From the NCBI GenBank assembly GCA_016748015.1, contig JAAOMT010000276.1:620001-684000 (forward strand): a stretch of DNA of 64,000 nt, read 5' to 3'. This stretch comes from Geosiphon pyriformis uo1 (lineage: Eukaryota; Fungi; Glomeromycota). The notes below the pieces were generated by a model, which worked only from the letters and a program-made list of their open reading frames with translations, did not search any database and was not told the origin of the DNA. How positions within the stretch are numbered: position 1 is the first letter of the stretch; every line of letters begins with the position of its first letter. The position numbers and the translations under genes were made by a program. This document shows positions 1-12,598 of the stretch, piece after piece.

Positions 1-542
1 TCGTACTTTTGTCTCAAGACAGATGCTCCTAATATAACTACCTTGAATTATTAATAATTTAAACCAGTCACTCTTAATCATGACAATTGATGATACTAAT
101 TCATCTTCTTTTATTTTTTTTTATTTTTTTTATTTTATTTTTATTTTATTTTTTCTTGTGGAGTGGCAACATATTAAAATTGACTGTCTGGGAATAGACT
201 TTGTGATAGTCTGGTAAAAAAAAGAAGCTCCCCTTAAGTTTTGGATATTAACATTATCTTGGTAATTTACTAGAAAGGTAAAAAAACAATGCCAGACCTT
301 AATGACTGCACTTATTAGCTTGGAAAAGATAGCTTACATTTATAAGAAGTTGTAATCAGCAAAAGCTAAACCTCTATGTCTTATAACCAAAGAACTTAAT
401 GAGTAAATTTACAACCAGTAAATAAGACCTTCAGAAACTGATAATCAAGACTAAGTCAATGGAATTATGCAAAACATGCTTATTGATAATTGAGAACACC
501 AAACATTACTATTTTTTTACTTCATCAAGTTTACTTATAATA
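1..542 (+). repeat. 5' LTR of element A (3' portion only)
   Basis: Direct repeat of about 9025-9609; ends ...TTATAATA (decayed ...CATAACA). Confidence 0.92.
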
Positions 543-544
543 TT

Positions 545-562
545 TGGTGTTCCTTATAAGGT
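545..562 (+). promoter_or_regulatory. tRNA primer-binding site of element A (mutated)
   Basis: TGGTGTTCCTTATAAGGT, 2 nt after the LTR; differs from the element B PBS only by transitions. Confidence 0.8.
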
Positions 563-599
563 TATAAAATTCACAGAGACAGAGCATTCTGAAAATTCA

Positions 600-2450
600 C
601 AAAAGTGGCAACTATTAGAACAATAGAAAAGGACCACTTTTTATATAAAAGAGCATTATTTCAATATTTTCAGAAAGACTTAGAAATATTATAAGAAACC
701 ATTTATGCAGAAAGCAATTTTTGTAACTATATTAATGCAAAAATTAACTGTCTGTTAGGCTGCTCAACAGATACAAGAAGGCTTGAAGAACAAATTCATT
801 AAAACTTATTAGGATATTCAACAACTACTACTACCTGAGCAATTACTGAAACTTTGTGCATAATTGATACAGACATTAAATATTACATAACACAACAATT
901 CCCTCAAGTACAACAACCAGTGGAATCCGACTCTGAAAAATATGAATATGAATCCAATAACTTCACAACTGCTCAAGCCAAGTCTATGATCAACAAAAAA
1001 CCAAGATTCTTCTCCCCAACAACTCCATTATACCATCAGATACTGAAAAGTAGAATTGTATTTAACTCAACCACAGAAACCCAGACAGAAACATTACAAA
1101 CTCCTGGAAATTAACATCTGTGGGATCACAACAGTTGGAACAGATTCTTAAGAGAATACAGATTGTTGTTTAAAAATCTAACCCTTACAGCTAGTAAAAC
1201 AAGAGGAAACATATCAACTTGGGAACCACTAATAGCACAAACTCTAGCAAAATCAGTAACTACATCAATAGAAAAAATGTCTATTAAACAACCAAGTAGC
1301 TTCAATAAAAAAAAACAATCAGCATTAATACCAGAAGAACATCTTAGCACACAAACACCAAACCTCTTAGTATCAATCAATAAGACTCTACCTACTCACC
1401 AGATTATGGCCTATTGAGATATTGCCAAATTAGAAAAATTCTTGGAGAAAGAAGACAATACATATTTGTAGATTGCAGAAGCCAAGAAAGCAATTACCAC
1501 TAACAATTAAGATGATAATAAAGCTATTTAAACACTGCCATTCTTTTTGACTGGAACTGCAGATTCATGGTATTAAAGCCTAACAGAAAAATCCACTGAC
1601 TTCCCCACCTTTAAACTTGTCTTTCTACAATACTTTTGCGATTCCAATACTCTTATCAGATTACAGAATCAATTCAGCATAATAAAACAAAAAGATCATG
1701 AAGCAGTGACTACTTATCTTGGACAATTTAACCAAATCTTTCATCAAATACTGGCAATTGAAAGGGACTACTACACCACAGCACAAGTTTTTAATCAATT
1801 TGTCAAAGAACTAAGGAACAGCTTCCTAAGATCCATGAGATTCTGACATCTAATAAATCTACAAGACACTATCACTTTTGCATGCAATTTTGAGTCAGCC
1901 AAGCAAAAAGCTAACCACACTTAAGCCATTAATTTAGCCATCAATAGAATCTTTGATATTGATGCAAAAATAACCCAATTAAGTAAAAAATTAATTCAAA
2001 AAATAGAGAGATTCTTAACCAGTACAACAAGAACTTATCAATTACTACAACAAAAAGAAACCAACAATAATAGCAAATATTAGCAACAAAATTATCAGCA
2101 ACAGCAACAACCCTGAAGATCAGATCCTTGTAATTGCTATTATTGCCAAAAGCTAGAACATATTGCCTGGGACTGCCAAAAAAACTAGTGGACCAGAATC
2201 AAGGAATTTAATATTTCCAACAACCAAGATATTTCCAGGCCATAGAACTCCAATACTCTGCACCCCAATATCAGCCATCTCAGTATTTATTACAAATGCT
2301 TCAGAATTACTATCCAACACTCCCAATAACTCAAGCATCCCTTCAGTACCAAAATCCAGTTTATAACCAGCTTAGATTACATGTGATTAACTACAATTAA
2401 GGTTAGTAAAACCCTAATAAAAATCAAATGCAACTTAGTAGTGAATTACT
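600..2450 (+). pseudogene. gag of element A
   Basis: Retrotransposon gag-like fragments (LPFFLTGTADSWY, QVFNQFVKELR) and a decayed CCHC knuckle CYYCQKLEHIAWDC at about 2135-2176; boundaries approximate. Confidence 0.8.
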
Positions 2451-2739
2451 TTAAACAAATCAAGCCAACTTTTCATCCTGACCAGCACCAACCAGATATC
2501 CGAATCAAGCCTCATATTTTAGTCTTATTAAAAATCAGGATTTTTTTAGCTTTACATCATTAGAAGGGAAAGATGTAGGAGAAATGTTCAACTTTTCGAA
2601 TTAAAATCAAATCAATAATACTATTCCATCTGTTACTATTACTGAAGACACCACTCTTGCCATTATTTTTCTCTTTAACATTGACAATTTAAACACCAAT
2701 AGTTTTTTCAGTAGAGCCATTATTAATTAAGATAAACCA

Positions 2740-3120
2740 ATAACTGCCTTGTATACCAACACTAAAGTTGAAAACATGAACATTAAATTGATTCTTAATA
2801 GTGGATCAGCAGATAGTATAATCACAAAGCAATTCATGAATCAATTAGGTTGCCAAGTAGACCATACAGCTACTGTCTGAATTATAACTGCAGATGGAAA
2901 TACTAAAATTCTGATAAGAAAAATTGACAACTTTTTTTTTGAAATCAACAGAATCTAAATCTCCACCAAAGTGTTTGTTATAAAGGCTACCTAAAATCAA
3001 GCCCTTATAAGAAATGATTGATTAGCCAAAGCTAATGTCACTTTCAACTAAAACATACAGAAACTATAAATCACTTTTAATAAACAGTATGCACAAGTTC
3101 TAGCTACATGTGGACACTTC
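2740..3120 (+). pseudogene. aspartic protease domain of element A
   Basis: IKLILNSGSADSII (DSG decayed to NSG) and ALIRND (LxGxDW-type flap motif). Confidence 0.85.
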
Positions 3121-4099
3121 AAAGCTCAAAGCCCAGAAAAACTGCTAATTGAATTTGAAGACTCAATATTACCACCAACAATAGAGGCTTATTAAGTTTC
3201 TTGGGCTGACAATTACTAAGCAGAGTTACCTCCACCACCAAATTGGAAAGAAAAAAACAAAAAAAAAGCAGAAAAAAAACTACAATTAATACCTACAGAC
3301 TATCCCACCCCAAATCAAGAAAATCAATAGTATCAAACCCTAAAATTAATTTGTGTTGACTATGGGAAAAAGTTATCTTCTATGAGTGCATATATTGGAG
3401 ATGACAAAGAATGGCCAATCACCACCAAATATTACTGCAGACTTTGTGTATTAGAAAGATTTGGCAGACCAAAAAGACAAGATAAATAAAACAATACACT
3501 ATGCCTTGCCTGTAGTGAGATCCTGTCAGAGAAAGGACTATAGAATGATGTTCCTGACAGAAGAGAAACATGTGACAAACCATGTTAATACACTATCTTG
3601 ATCAATGATTGGATACAAAAAAGAACTTAGATTAAGAATTTCTGGAGACAAGCACTCAGTAGATTAAATGATTACCCACACAATAAACACAAAATATGGA
3701 GAATGACAAGTGCCAAAGCTGAAGATGCTATATTTAGTAAAATATGAAAATCAAAAAAAATTTGTTTACATTAGAATATAATAGACCCAACTACATCATA
3801 GAAAATTTTTTTATGAATAATTTGAACACATTTTAAGATCGATACCAGGAATTGGCTCTAACCCAAGAAAAACAAAAACAATAGTTAGCTAATCTAAACA
3901 TAAAATTATGCAATTACTGTCTGATTTCTTGTTATTTTTAGTACTGTAACAAATGTGACTTTATGTTCAACCCACTTTCAAGAAAACTATATCTGATTAC
4001 TAAACTACCTAAGCCCAAGGTAAAAGAGGAATTAATCACTAAGGACATGTTATTTTAAGATTCAACTAAACAAAGCAGTATTTCATTTATTCCAACCTC

Positions 4100-4560
4100 T
4101 TTAAAGAATTAGAATTAAAATGGTACAGTGACAATAAAGAAGAAATCTGCCCTGAAAAAATACATGACATTAAGCTGAGTTTGACATATGATACCCTGAA
4201 CAATCATCTGTAGTTATAGCTTCACATTCTCTTGTAACAATAGATTTTAAGATAGTATTAGAAATTCCTGTTAGTACAATGATACAAGTTGCCTGTTGAT
4301 CTAGTCTAGCCAAGAAAAGAATTGACATAAAAAAAGAAATCATTAATGCCAATTATATGGGAAACATTATCATGATGCTACAGAACAATTCAGACAAATT
4401 CTACAAAATAGAATCACAAGAAAAAATTGCCCAAGCTATCTTTTTACCCTTAGTTAAAATACTCCAATTAATCTCAGTAACAACCCAAAAAAAATTAGGC
4501 CTTACTGTTCAAGGAATCAATGAGTTTGGATCAAGTGGAAGAGAAAACGTACCAGTCAAT
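4100..4560 (+). pseudogene. trimeric dUTPase domain within pol of element A
   Basis: Motif remnants in order: AEFD (AGxD, motif 1), *SSLAKK (RSS, motif 2), IINANYMG (GIIDxxYxG, motif 3), KIAQ (motif 4), QGINEFGSSG (RGxxGFGSSG, motif 5). Confidence 0.9.
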
Positions 4561-5039
4561 TTTATGGAGAAAGACAATAACTAGGTAGAACTTATCTACA
4601 TTAACACAGTTATTTCCATTCCTTCATATTAACAATACATTCTCAAGATAAATCAAAAGATCCAAGATCAAGTCTTATTATTTGAAACCAGTCCTGAAAT
4701 CTGTTCCCTAGCCAACATTGCTAACCTATACCTACTGACTAAAACTTATAAACACTTCAAAATTCTTATCCACAATCCCATAGAAAATGTCATTGAAATC
4801 TCCAAAAAAATTCTTGTTGGTTCCATCTTACCAAACATTCAACATTCTAAAAAAATCCAGCCCATTTCAGATTTTGCACAGCTATTTTTATTTTGTAATA
4901 TTATCTCACAAGTATAGAACTTGCCAAAAGAAAGTTATCTGTTCATGCCAAAAAAAATCGACAAATTACACTTGGAAAACCTGAATACTCTTCAGCAAAT
5001 ACAACTTAAGGTTCTCTTAAATCAATATGCCAATGTCTT

Positions 5040-6356
5040 TGCCAGTAAAAATGAGTTTGAATGTACTGACATTGTGAAACATCAGATTGATATAGAAGAT
5101 ACACAACCTATTAAACAGCAGGTCTACTGAGTGCCTTTATCTGATAATAATTTAATTAAGCAAAAAATACAACAAATGCTCAACAATGACTTGATTAAAA
5201 AATTGTTGAGCCTTTGGTCTTTTTTAATGGTCCTGGTTACCAAGAAATAAGATTCTGTGTAGACTACCAAAAGCTAAACAGTGTCACCTGAGGAGATAGT
5301 TACTCCATACCTCTCATTCAAAAAATTCTAGACAATTTAAGAAACAAAAAATGATTCTCATTATTAGATCTAGCCAATGAATATTGGCAAGTTGAAATGA
5401 ACCCCAAAGACAAAGAAAAAATGGTGTTTACCACCCAAGATAAAAACTTTGAGTTTAACGTAATGCCCTTTGGACTTTGCAATACTTCTACTATCTTCCA
5501 GCATTTTATGAATGCCATGTACAAAAAAATCTTGTAGAAATTAGTCATAGTATACCTAGATAACACCAATGTCTTCTCGGAAACATTCAACAATCATTTG
5601 TTCTATCTTTGGCAAGTTTTCAAACACCTTCATAGTGCTGAATTGAAACTTAACTCCAATAAATGTTTCTTTAAAAAGACCAAATTGAAATTTCTAAGAC
5701 ATGTAATCAGAAAAAACAGAGTCAAACCCGATTCAGATAAGGTCCAAAAAGTCAAAGATTTTCCAGTTCCAATCAACCTCAAAGAATTATGAGAATTTTT
5801 AAAATTGGCAAAATACTATTGACAATTTGTTAAAAAATTTTCAATTATTGCAAAACCACTTCACTAGTTGTTGTTCAAACACATACAATACCTATAGAAA
5901 AAAAACCAACAGAAAGCATTTGACTATCTTAAGCAGTAATTAATTACATTTCTAATTCTAATTTATCCAAATTTCACTAAATGGTTTATTGTTGCTACAG
6001 ATGCCTTAAAAAATGCTCTAGAAGCAGTCTTATCACAAATAAGACTGGACAATAGAAAATATCCAATTGCCTATGCCAGTTGCAGCACTAGCCCAGCAGA
6101 AAAAAATTACAGTACAACAGATCTGGAATGTTTCACCATTTATTAGGCTGTACAAATGTGAAGACACTACTTCAGTTTGTCTTTTGACCTATATACTGAT
6201 CATAAAAGACTTGTTTGGTTATTCAACAATCCACAACTAGAAGAAAAATATGCAAGATGAAGTACTTATCTGCAACAATTCCCATTCAAAGTTCATTACA
6301 AAGGAGGATCCAAAAACACCAATGTTGACAGTTTGTTGAGGATACCACAAATTTAA
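5040..6356 (+). pseudogene. reverse transcriptase-RNase H of element A
   Basis: LDLANEYWQV, VMPFGLCN, VIVYLDNT (YLDD), KCFF; RNase H ATDAL, IAYAS, YTDHK, NVDSLLR followed by TAA at 6354-6356. Confidence 0.93.
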
Positions 6357-6366
6357 TTCCAGATTT

Positions 6367-7758
6367 ATGGACACAATCAATTACTACTGACTATATTAGT
6401 ATCTATTGACACTATATTTTAAGGAGATATTATCTCAACAAGAACAAAGTACTATATAAAAACAAGCCCAAAATTATTTTATTCAAGACAATCAACTATA
6501 TTAATAAAAACACCAAAACCACCTCATTCTACAACAAGTTATCAAAAACAATAAAAAAGAAACTATATTACATAGTATGCATTCTGATTCAACTGCAGAA
6601 CACTTTAACAAAGATGTTATCTTTGAAAGAATCCTAAATTTATACTATTGGCCAATAATGTACAAAGACATTTTTGAATATATGCTTAATTGTGACTTAT
6701 GCCAATAAAGAGAAGGAGCCAAAACAACAGAACCACTTTAACCCATTCCAATTAAAAATCTATTTGATAGAATTAGGATCAATTTGGTTGGTCTTCTTTC
6801 CATAATATTCAAAGGAAATTATTACATTGCTGTAGTCATAGACTATTTGATAAAATGGCCAGAAGCCAGAGCCATTCAAGTAACAAATACTACAACAGTA
6901 GCTAAATTCATATACCAAGATCTGATTTGCAGACACAAATACCCAAAAGAACTGCTATTTGATTAAGGAACACATTTTGTTAATAATATATTAACTGAAT
7001 TAAGTTAATGATTTGGAATAAAATATCTTTTATTGTCATCATATTACCCACAAATAAATGAACTGGTAGAATAATTTAACTAAATATTGTGTAAAGCACT
7101 AGCAAAAATAAGTCATGAAAATAAACAAGAATGAGACTTATTTATATCTTTTGTATTCTTTACATACTAAATACTAAAACAAAATATGACTTAGTTCACA
7201 CCATTCAAATTAGTCTATGGAAGAAAAGCCATTTTATCTATTAAAAAAAAAATACAGGTGTACTCAACAAAAGCTATCACCAAAAAGAATTTCAAAGCAA
7301 CCTTATACTATAAGACATATAAGCTCATAGAAATATTAGAAAATAATCATAGAACAGCAGCTAACAACATTAGTAATGCTTAGAAACAACAAAAAAAAAG
7401 ACATAATAAATGCCTATCTGAACAACTAATGGAATTCAAGATTAGAAACCAAGTACTGTTATATTGTACAAAAGCTGAGAAACAATGGAGTGAAAAGTTT
7501 AACCCAAAGTGGGACAGTTTATTCCATGTATATGAAGTTTTAAGCAATAAAGCTTACAAATTATGATTGGAAAACAGAATTTTAAAAAAAATAGCACATA
7601 AAAATCAGTTAAAGATTTATCATGCAAAACAAAAATCATTATTATTAGTACTTCAACTAGGAACACAAATTTTATTAATCAAACCAGAAGATATACCACA
7701 AAATCTGGAACCAATCATTGTCATCATACCACAAACAACGTACAGCAAATTAAATTAA
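6367..7758 (+). pseudogene. integrase of element A (separate ORF)
   Basis: Starts ATG GAC (MDTINYY); HHCC remnant (H..AEHF..CDLCQ); core DYLIKWPEAR, LLFD*GTHF, NELVE; PKWD (GPY/F-like) C-terminal module. Confidence 0.9.
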
Positions 7759-7774
7759 GAAATTTAAATATATA

Positions 7775-8532
7775 TAATATTCACAAAGCAACAAGAAAAC
7801 AATAAAAACTGTTAACATAAATCTATCAAATAAAATTCTACAACTCTTAAAACAACTATTTAATGCAATTCAACAATTTTCTGCTCAAATAGAAATGATA
7901 ATTAATAGAAAAAAGATATAATATAAAAATAAAAGCAGAAAAAAAGAAAGTAAAAATTCAACTAAAATTAAATGGTCTCACATCTACCCAATGTCTAAAA
8001 AAAAAAATTGGAGAAAAAATTCTTCTTAGACAGGACAGAAAAGAAAAAGAGTTTATAAAAAAAGATATTTGATTCCTAAGCTCGAAAAAATCAAAGAAGC
8101 TTTAACTTATGAGATTGATCTTCCTGAAACAGAGAATGAATACCAGACAGTGCCCAAGAATAGAAAAAAAAACTTCCTCTAACATATTGGTTTTACAAAA
8201 TTGGTGAACAACTAGATTTGAAAACACCATATGGAGACCTCAGCCAAAAAACTTTTAACAAAGAAGCAATACAACAAATAGAAAAATTTGTAGAGAAAAG
8301 CAATCTAATCTTATATTACAAAGTAACATACCGACTATATGCCATTTTTTAATATTGTCCAAACATACTGTTGTATGAATCTATAAAAACTATAACAGTT
8401 AACAACATAGAACAAATAACCAATTAACAATTCAAAGACCTATGAAAAACAATATTCAATATAACCATTAAACACTACACAAACAAAGCCATGATAATAG
8501 ATATATACAATTTTGTAGGAGCTCAATTTTAA
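7775..8532 (+). pseudogene. 3' extra ORF (ORF3) of element A, unknown function
   Basis: Degenerate frame between INT and PPT ending ...YKVTYRLYAIF*YCP...FKDL...NFVGAQF*; start approximate. Confidence 0.6.
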
Positions 8533-8545
8533 AAAAGAGGAATAA
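8531..8545 (+). promoter_or_regulatory. polypurine tract of element A
   Basis: AAAAAAGAGGAATAA immediately 5' of the 3' LTR. Confidence 0.8.
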
Positions 8546-9609
8546 TATTATCTGAGTAGAAAAACCAATCCAAAGTTATAAAGAAACATAACCAAAATGT
8601 GACATAATACAGAATAGCATGCAATAATATTGGATAATGTGTTATAACTTAGGATAATGCAAGATAATACAATACAATATAAAATAATACAGAATAACAT
8701 ATAATAACACCAGATAATGCATTATAACATAAGATAACTAATAATAATATAGAAAAACAAAACAATAACAGAAATAATAAAACAATAGTTAACAATAATG
8801 AAACAATCAAAAGCAATTCTATAAAACCAAAAGAATGTATAAAAATGAGTAGATATAGAAGTTAGAGAGATAGAAACCACTAGACAAAAATTAAATATCC
8901 TTATCTCTTTTATTATTTATTCTATTCTATATTTATCTTCTGAAATAAATCAATTATTGAGAAATCAAAATCACAAATTCATGTTCTCAAACTTTGTGGA
9001 CTTTATGTGAATTAATTATTGTTTCATACCTTTATTCCAAGACAGATGCTTCTAGCATAACTACTTTGAACCATTAACAATTTAGACCAGTTGCTCTTGA
9101 TTATGGTGATTAATAATACTAATTCATCTTCTTTTATTTTTTTTTATTTTTTTTTATTTTTTTTTATTTTATTTTTATTTTATTTTATTTTTTTATTTTT
9201 ATTTTTATTTTTTATTTTCTTTTGTGGAGCAACAACATAGTAAAATTAACTGTTTGAGAATAGACTTTGTAATAGCCTGGCAAAAGAGAGAAGCTCTTCC
9301 TAAGTTTTGAATATTAATATTATTTTGGTAGTTTATCAGAAGAACAAAAAGACAATACTAGATCCTAATGACTGTACTCATTAGCTCAGAAAAAATAGCT
9401 CACATTTATAAGAAGTTGCAATCAATAAAAGCCAAACCTCTGTGTCTTATAACCAAAGAACTTGACAGGTAAATTTACAACCAGTAAATAAGATCTTTAG
9501 AAACTGATAATTAAGACTAAGTTAATAGAATTACACAAAACACGTATTACCAATAATTGAGAGCACTAAATGTTATAATTTCTCTATTCTACCAAGTTTA
9601 CTCATAATA
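8546..9609 (+). repeat. 3' LTR of element A (about 1.06 kb)
   Basis: TATTAT...ATAATA termini (decayed TGTTAT...ATAACA); internal ~10-bp tandem repeats at about 8600-8750 and a T-rich tract. Confidence 0.92.
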
Positions 9610-11907
9610 CCACTTAGCAGTATTAACATTTTTGGTTTTAAATTTCTATTTATTTTTGTTGGTTTGCTTGTATATGCTATTTAATCAGATATTTAAAAGA
9701 CCACTCAAACCAATTAAAACCAAAACTGCCTTGTAATTAGTATTAAAAAAGTCAGAAACAGAGTTAATTTCATGACTGATAATAGCAGATAATAAATTTC
9801 TATTAACATAAATATAATCTATAGCTTTTTTAATTCTTTTCAAATTGCTTTAAGTAAAAGCTTTAACCAACAGATATCTGTTAAACAAATTAACCAAATT
9901 TAGAGCTAAACAAAACTTTAAACTTGTATTTTTCCTAAACCCAAAACCACAAAAATATTAGAATTAACTGCTTTAGCAATAAAAAAGTTAACTTTTACAG
10001 TCTAACCAAATCTGGTTTCAAAAGAAACATCAGCATATAAACCCAAAATTATAACTGAAAACTTGTTTTTAAAGAAAAACTGTACTAAGATAATTCAATC
10101 TAGAACTTTTTCTACCTTAAAAACATGCCAAGCCAAAGAATTGTTTATAATAATAGCTATTTTAGTGCCAAAAAAACTTTTATTTAAACCAGACATGAAA
10201 ATTTGCACTCTATCAAACTTATTTATAATCTATAGTCTAATATTAAATCTTAATTTTGTTTTTGTAATAATAGAAACTATATTACTTATATTTATGTATC
10301 AATAAACAATGTTTTTTTGCTTTACAAAAACATTGATATCTCAAACATTATATGTAATAAACTTTTATACTAAGCTGGTTATTAAGATAAAAAAAAAACC
10401 AAAAAACTTGAACCAAAACACAACTGATCTAACTTTGCTAAAACCAAATTAACTGACACTTTAAGAACCACTATTTTTGATTTTAAGCCATCCATCTTAG
10501 TGGTTAGAACTTTTAAACTATTTAAACTAAAACCTAAAGTTTTATTTTTTGTTATTGGGAAAAAAATAAATAATATTAACAAGTTTTTCAGAACCATATC
10601 TAAATTCAAATTTGAATTCAAAGATGTAAAAAAAGCTGTAAAAGACAGATATTAGAAGCACCAAGTCCACAAAGCTTGATTTTTACACAATATTAAACAC
10701 TTGATCTGTCAAAAACTTTAAAAACATTCTAAAAAAGCCAAATAAGCATTTAAAAAGGAGTTATTTGGTAAAGTAAAAAAAATTTTCTATTAAAATTTGA
10801 AAAACCCAGAAAAAAAAAGCCAAAGTTAGAACCAGCAAACAAATTATTAGAAACAAAAGCCACCAAAACTATTTAAGTCCATAATTTATTATCAAAAACA
10901 GTAAAACAAGAGATAGAAATGTTTTTTTAATATATAACTTGGTTAACTGAAAATAATTTTTATTCAAAACAAACTTTTTACATACTTTTAAAAATAAAAA
11001 AATAAGAAAACCAAAAGCACTAAATTTCAAAGCAAAATAACCAAAATGTCTATATTTTTTACATTAAACTAAATTTATTCTAACACAAAAAAGTTTTATA
11101 TTACCAAAAATTAGTTCTGTGCAAAAAACAAATTTTAGTTTTTTATCTAATTTAAAACTAACCACAGTATAGCAAACTCTGTTGCTAATTTCAAATGATC
11201 AATTTATAATACAAGTTTTTTTTTAATAAAGCACTAAGATCATAAACAATTGTTTTTACAAGCAAAGTAAACAGAAGCATTTTAAACTGATTTTTTAATA
11301 TCTATGTATTATGATCTCCTACAGTTTTGATTACTCATATTGAATTTTTTCTAATTAAAAATAATCATTTTGAAACTAATTGATCTGTTTGATTTGATTT
11401 GGTGAATTTTATCACAATTTTTTGTTACAGTCTAATTAATTATAAATGAATTGATATTACTTAACTAAACTCAAAGAGAACTGTAATAATTATTTTCTTT
11501 GACATATTCATGAGAATTTTTTTAATAATTACAGATTGATCTGTATGAATTTCTTATTTCTTAATATTGTTGTTTACAATAATTTTTTTTTCTTTAGCCA
11601 ATAATATAGTTTTTTTTATATATTTTTTTAATGTAAATATAGATTTAATTATCTTTTCAAATTTTAAAAAAGTAGTAACTCCTTAAAATTGTTAATTAAT
11701 GAAAATTTTTTTTTAATAAACTGAGTTTTTACCATTGTCAATTTGTCTTTTACAGCTGAAAAATTAATATTCAAAACAAAAAATTTCCTAACAAATACTT
11801 CTATTAAAGTCTTTACTATTTTTAAGTCAATCTATTTTTTGTCTAAAAAAATGTTAAAAGAAGGAGAAAAAGATTTTTATTCTTATTCATATTATAATCA
11901 ATTATAT

Positions 11908-12598
11908 TGTTATGGGTTGAAGTAACAAGCTAACAGATAGCAAGGGAGAACAGGATTGTAGAATGATAGAAATAATTAAAGAGAATTTAACTTTAAAGAG
12001 TGAATTGAATAAGTATGGATTCAATGTGTGAGATCAGTCTCTTAAAATATTTCAGTCACTATATTTTTCAAAGATAACCAGAGAATTTGAAAGTAGAGGA
12101 ATAGTCCATACTGTCAACAAATGATCACACTTGGTATAATTCTATGCTTCACATTGGTGCTCTTAGAATTCAATATCAAGTATCAGATGTGCTTTTCAGT
12201 CACATTTTATTCAATAATCTTCAAATGCTGCAATTACACATTTTAGGAAAAAAGTAGATAAAGGCCAACAAATAATTTTTTATCTTTAAGATGTTCAGGT
12301 ACTTGAAGATAGGGAAAGGAAAATTAGCGATAAGAGAATGATTGAGATGAAAGTTGTTATTTTATTTATTTGATTTCCTTGATTTCTTCATGCTTTTCTA
12401 CAATTAAGAGATTCATTACTTATATAGTTATCAAAAGTAGTCAATAATCAGGTCAATGATCAAGTCAATGATTAGGTCAATGGTCAGGTCACTGATCAGG
12501 TCAATAATCACTTTCTAAAAATAGAGTGGCTAATTTATATGACATTAGTGGCTAATACATGTGATAATTAATATGAAGTATAAGTTTTAACCATAATA
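11908..12598 (-). repeat. 3' LTR of element B
   Basis: TGTTATGG...CCATAATA; direct repeat of 18929-19571; contains a 12-bp TCAGGTCAATGA array with more copies than the 5' LTR. Confidence 0.95.

Larger units (their letters stand above)
1..9609 (+). mobile_element. Ty3/gypsy LTR retrotransposon 'A', degenerate; 5' LTR cut by the window edge
   Basis: 1-542 aligns with about 9025-9609 (LTR pair). PBS after the 5' LTR, PPT before the 3' LTR. Domain order gag-PR-(Cys-rich)-dUTPase-RT-RNaseH-INT-ORF3. Many stops from CAA>TAA and TGG>TAG/TGA. Confidence 0.95.

Noticed and set aside
2450-2456. TTTAAAC as a gag-pol slippery site in element A
   Set aside because: Local frames are too disrupted to establish phase; gag and pol may be continuous in this family
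12440-12510. 12-bp repeat array (and the 10-bp array at 8600-8750) as possible CRISPR
   Set aside because: Head-to-tail tandem repeats without spacers, inside LTRs, in a eukaryotic context with no cas genes
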